From the NCBI GenBank assembly GCA_964016885.1, contig OZ024744.1, positions 5,332,001-5,396,000 on the forward strand: 64,000 nt of DNA, in the 5' to 3' direction. Numbering within the stretch: the stretch's first letter is position 1; the number at the start of each line of letters is the position of its first letter. The position numbers and the translations under genes are program-made. Below the pieces are notes generated by a model. The model did no database searches and was not told the origin of the DNA. It saw nothing but the letters and a program-made list of their open reading frames with translations. Positions 61,831 through 64,000 of the stretch are shown here, in pieces. The stretch is from Eledone cirrhosa (Eukaryota).

Positions 61831-64000
61831 TGTGTTGGTAGCAGAATCTATCTTGGTAGACAGTGGTGTTGGTCGCAGAGGTCTATCTTGGTAGACAGTG
61901 AGGTTGGTAGCAGAGGTCTATCTTGGTAGACAGTGGTGTTGGTAGCAGAGGTCTATCTTGGTAGACAGTGATGTTGGTAGAAGAGGTCTATGTTGGTAGA
62001 AAGTGAGGTTGGTAGCAGAGGTCTATCTTGGTAGACAGCGGTGTTGGTAGCAGAGGTTTATATTGGTAGACAGTGGTGTTGGTAGCAGAGGTTTATCTTG
62101 GTAGACATTGAGGTTGGTAGCAGAGGTCTATCTTGGTAGACAGTGGTGTTGGTAGCAGAGGTCTATGTTGGTAGACAGTGGTGTTGGTAGCAGAGGTCTA
62201 TCTTGGTAGACAGTGGTGTTGGTAGCAGATGTCTATATTGGTAGACAGTGGTGTTGGTAGCAGAGGTCTATCTTGGTAGACAGTGAGGTTGGTAGCAGAG
62301 GTCTATCTTCGTAGACAGTGAGGTTGGTAGCAGAGGTCTATCTTGGTAGACAGTGGTGTTGGTAGCAGAGGTCTATGTTGGTAGACAGTGAGGTTGGTAG
62401 CAGAGGTCTATCTTGGTAGACAGTGAAGTTGGTAGCAGAGGTCTATCTTGGTAGACAGTGAGGGTGGTAGCAGAGGTCTATCTTGGTAGACAGTGGTGTT
62501 CGTAGCAGAGGTCTATCTTGGTAGACAGTGGTGTTGGTAGCAGAGGTCTATCTTGGTAGACAGTGAGGTTGGTAGCAGAGGTCTATCTTGGTAGACAGTG
62601 GTGTTGGTAGCAGAGGTCTATCTTGGTAGACAGTGGGGTGGGTAGCAGAGGTCTATCTTGGTAGACAGTGGTGTTGGTAGCAGAGGTCTATCTTGGTAGA
62701 CAGTGGTGTTGGTAGCAGAGGTCTATGTTGGTAGACAGTGGTGTTGGTAGCAGAGGTTAATCTTGGTAGACAGTGGTGTTGGTAGCAGAGGTCTATCTTG
62801 GTAGACAGTGGTGTTGGTAGCATAGATCCATCTTGGTAGACAGTAGTGTTGGTAGCAGAGGTCTATGTTGGTAGACAGTGGTGTTTGTAGCAGAGGTCTA
62901 TGTTGGTAGACAGTGGTGTTGGAAGCAGAGGTCTATCTTAGTAGACAGTGGTGTGGTACATAGGTCTATGTTGGTAGACAGTGAGGTTGGTAGCAGAGGT
63001 CTATATTGGTAGACAGTGAGGTTGGTAGCAGAGGTCTATCTTGGTAGACAGTGAGGTTGGTAGCAGAGCTCTATCTTGGTAGAAAGTGGTGTTGGTAGCA
63101 GAGGTCTATGTTGGTAGACAGTGGTGTTGGTAGCAGAGGTTTATCTTGGTAGACAGTGGTGTTGGTAGCAGAGGTCTATGTTGGTAGACAGTGGTGTTGG
63201 TAGCAGAGGTATATCTTGGTAGGCAGTGGTGTTGGTAGCAGAGCTCTATCTTGGTAGACAGTGGTGTTGGTAGCAGAGGTCTTTCTTGGTAGACAGTGGT
63301 GTTGCTAGCAGAGGTCTATGTTGGTAGAAAGTGAGGTTGGTAGCTGAGGTCTATGTTGGTAGACAGTGGTGTTGGTAGCAGAAGTCTATCTTGGTAGACA
63401 GTGAGGTTGGTAGCAGAGGTCTATCTTGGTAGACAGTGGTGTTGGTAGCAGAGGTCTATCTTGGTAGACAGTGGTGTTGGTAGCAGAGGTCTATCTTGGT
63501 AGACAGTGGTGTTGGTAGCAGAGGTCTATCTTGGTAGACAGTGGTGTTGGTAGCAGAGGTCTATCTTGGTAGACAGTGGTGTTGCTAGCAGAGGTCTATC
63601 TTGGTAGACAGTGGTGTTGGTAGCAAAGGTCTATGTTGGTAGACAGTGAGGTTGGTAGCAGAGGTCTATCTTGGTAGACAGTGAGGGTGCTTGCAGAGGT
63701 CTATCTTGGTAGACAGTGGTGTTGGTAGCAGAGGTCTATCTTGGTAGACAGTGAGGTTGGTATCAGAGGTCTATCTTGGTAGACAGTGAGGTTGGTAGCA
63801 GAGGTCTATGTTGGTAGACAGTGGTGTTGGTAGCATAGGTCTATCTTGGTAGACAGTGGTGTTGGTAGCAGAGGTCTATGTTGGTAGACAGTGGTGTTGG
63901 TAGTAGAGGTCTATCTTGCTAGACAGTGGTGTTGGTAGCAGATGTCTATCTTGGTAGACAGTGGTGTTGGTAGCAGAGGTCTATCTTGGTAGACAGTGGT

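Larger units (their letters stand above)
1..64000. repeat. Tandem satellite/minisatellite array, 35-bp monomer TCTTGGTAGACAGTGGTGTTGGTAGCAGAGGTCTA, ~1,829.5 copies, truncated by both window ends
   Basis: A period of 35 is visible from position 1 (next units at 36, 71, ...). The last unit starts at 63984 = 1 + 1829x35 - 32, matching 32 counted 1-bp deletions. Most monomers differ from consensus at 0-3 positions. No inversion or non-repeat insert was seen. Confidence 0.99.

Noticed and set aside
1-64000. CRISPR array (35-bp repeat with weak palindrome)
   Set aside because: Repeats are directly adjacent with no unique spacers, no leader and no cas genes.
1-64000. Telomerase-synthesised telomeric repeat (G/T-rich strand)
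   Set aside because: The unit is longer than telomerase repeats I know (up to ~25 bp in budding yeasts), and variants are inherited in kb-scale blocks, indicating DNA-level duplication. A subtelomeric or recombination-maintained location is not excluded.
1-64000. Giant repetitive coding exon (mucin-like) or stop-codon-recoded gene
   Set aside because: The unit length is not a multiple of 3, all frames are regularly stopped in the standard code, and 32 frameshifting deletions are tolerated.
1-64000. Variant pattern as an encoded message or programmed diversification system
   Set aside because: The order of variants is explained by nested duplication of a limited set of mutations. No template, enzyme gene or hypervariable position is visible.
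1-64000. Methylation-driven decay (CpG or CHG deamination, RIP)
   Set aside because: The consensus lacks CpG. C>T changes at CAG exist but do not obviously dominate over transversions by eye.

Overview
The whole 64 kb window is one uninterrupted head-to-tail satellite/minisatellite array of a 35-bp monomer (consensus TCTTGGTAGACAGTGGTGTTGGTAGCAGAGGTCTA, about 1,829.5 units, single orientation, extending past both window edges). I see no unique sequence, gene, RNA gene, transposon or CRISPR array. The two predicted 91-aa ORFs are chance read-throughs of the repeat. The information lies in the pattern of variant monomers, which records a nested amplification history: an old 16+19 bp dimer forming the monomer; local duplications of 4, 5, 21 and 29 monomers; a loose ~5.2-6.0 kb higher-order block; and three large near-identical tandem duplications of 15,777 bp (451 monomers), 11,544 bp (330 monomers) and ~3.4 kb (97-98 monomers). 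The monomer is strongly G/T-skewed, has four GG runs, lacks CpG and carries an imperfect 16-bp dyad. I cannot assign an organism or a named satellite family, and I find no support for a new protein-coding system. All comparisons were done by eye using marker variants, so difference counts are minimums.
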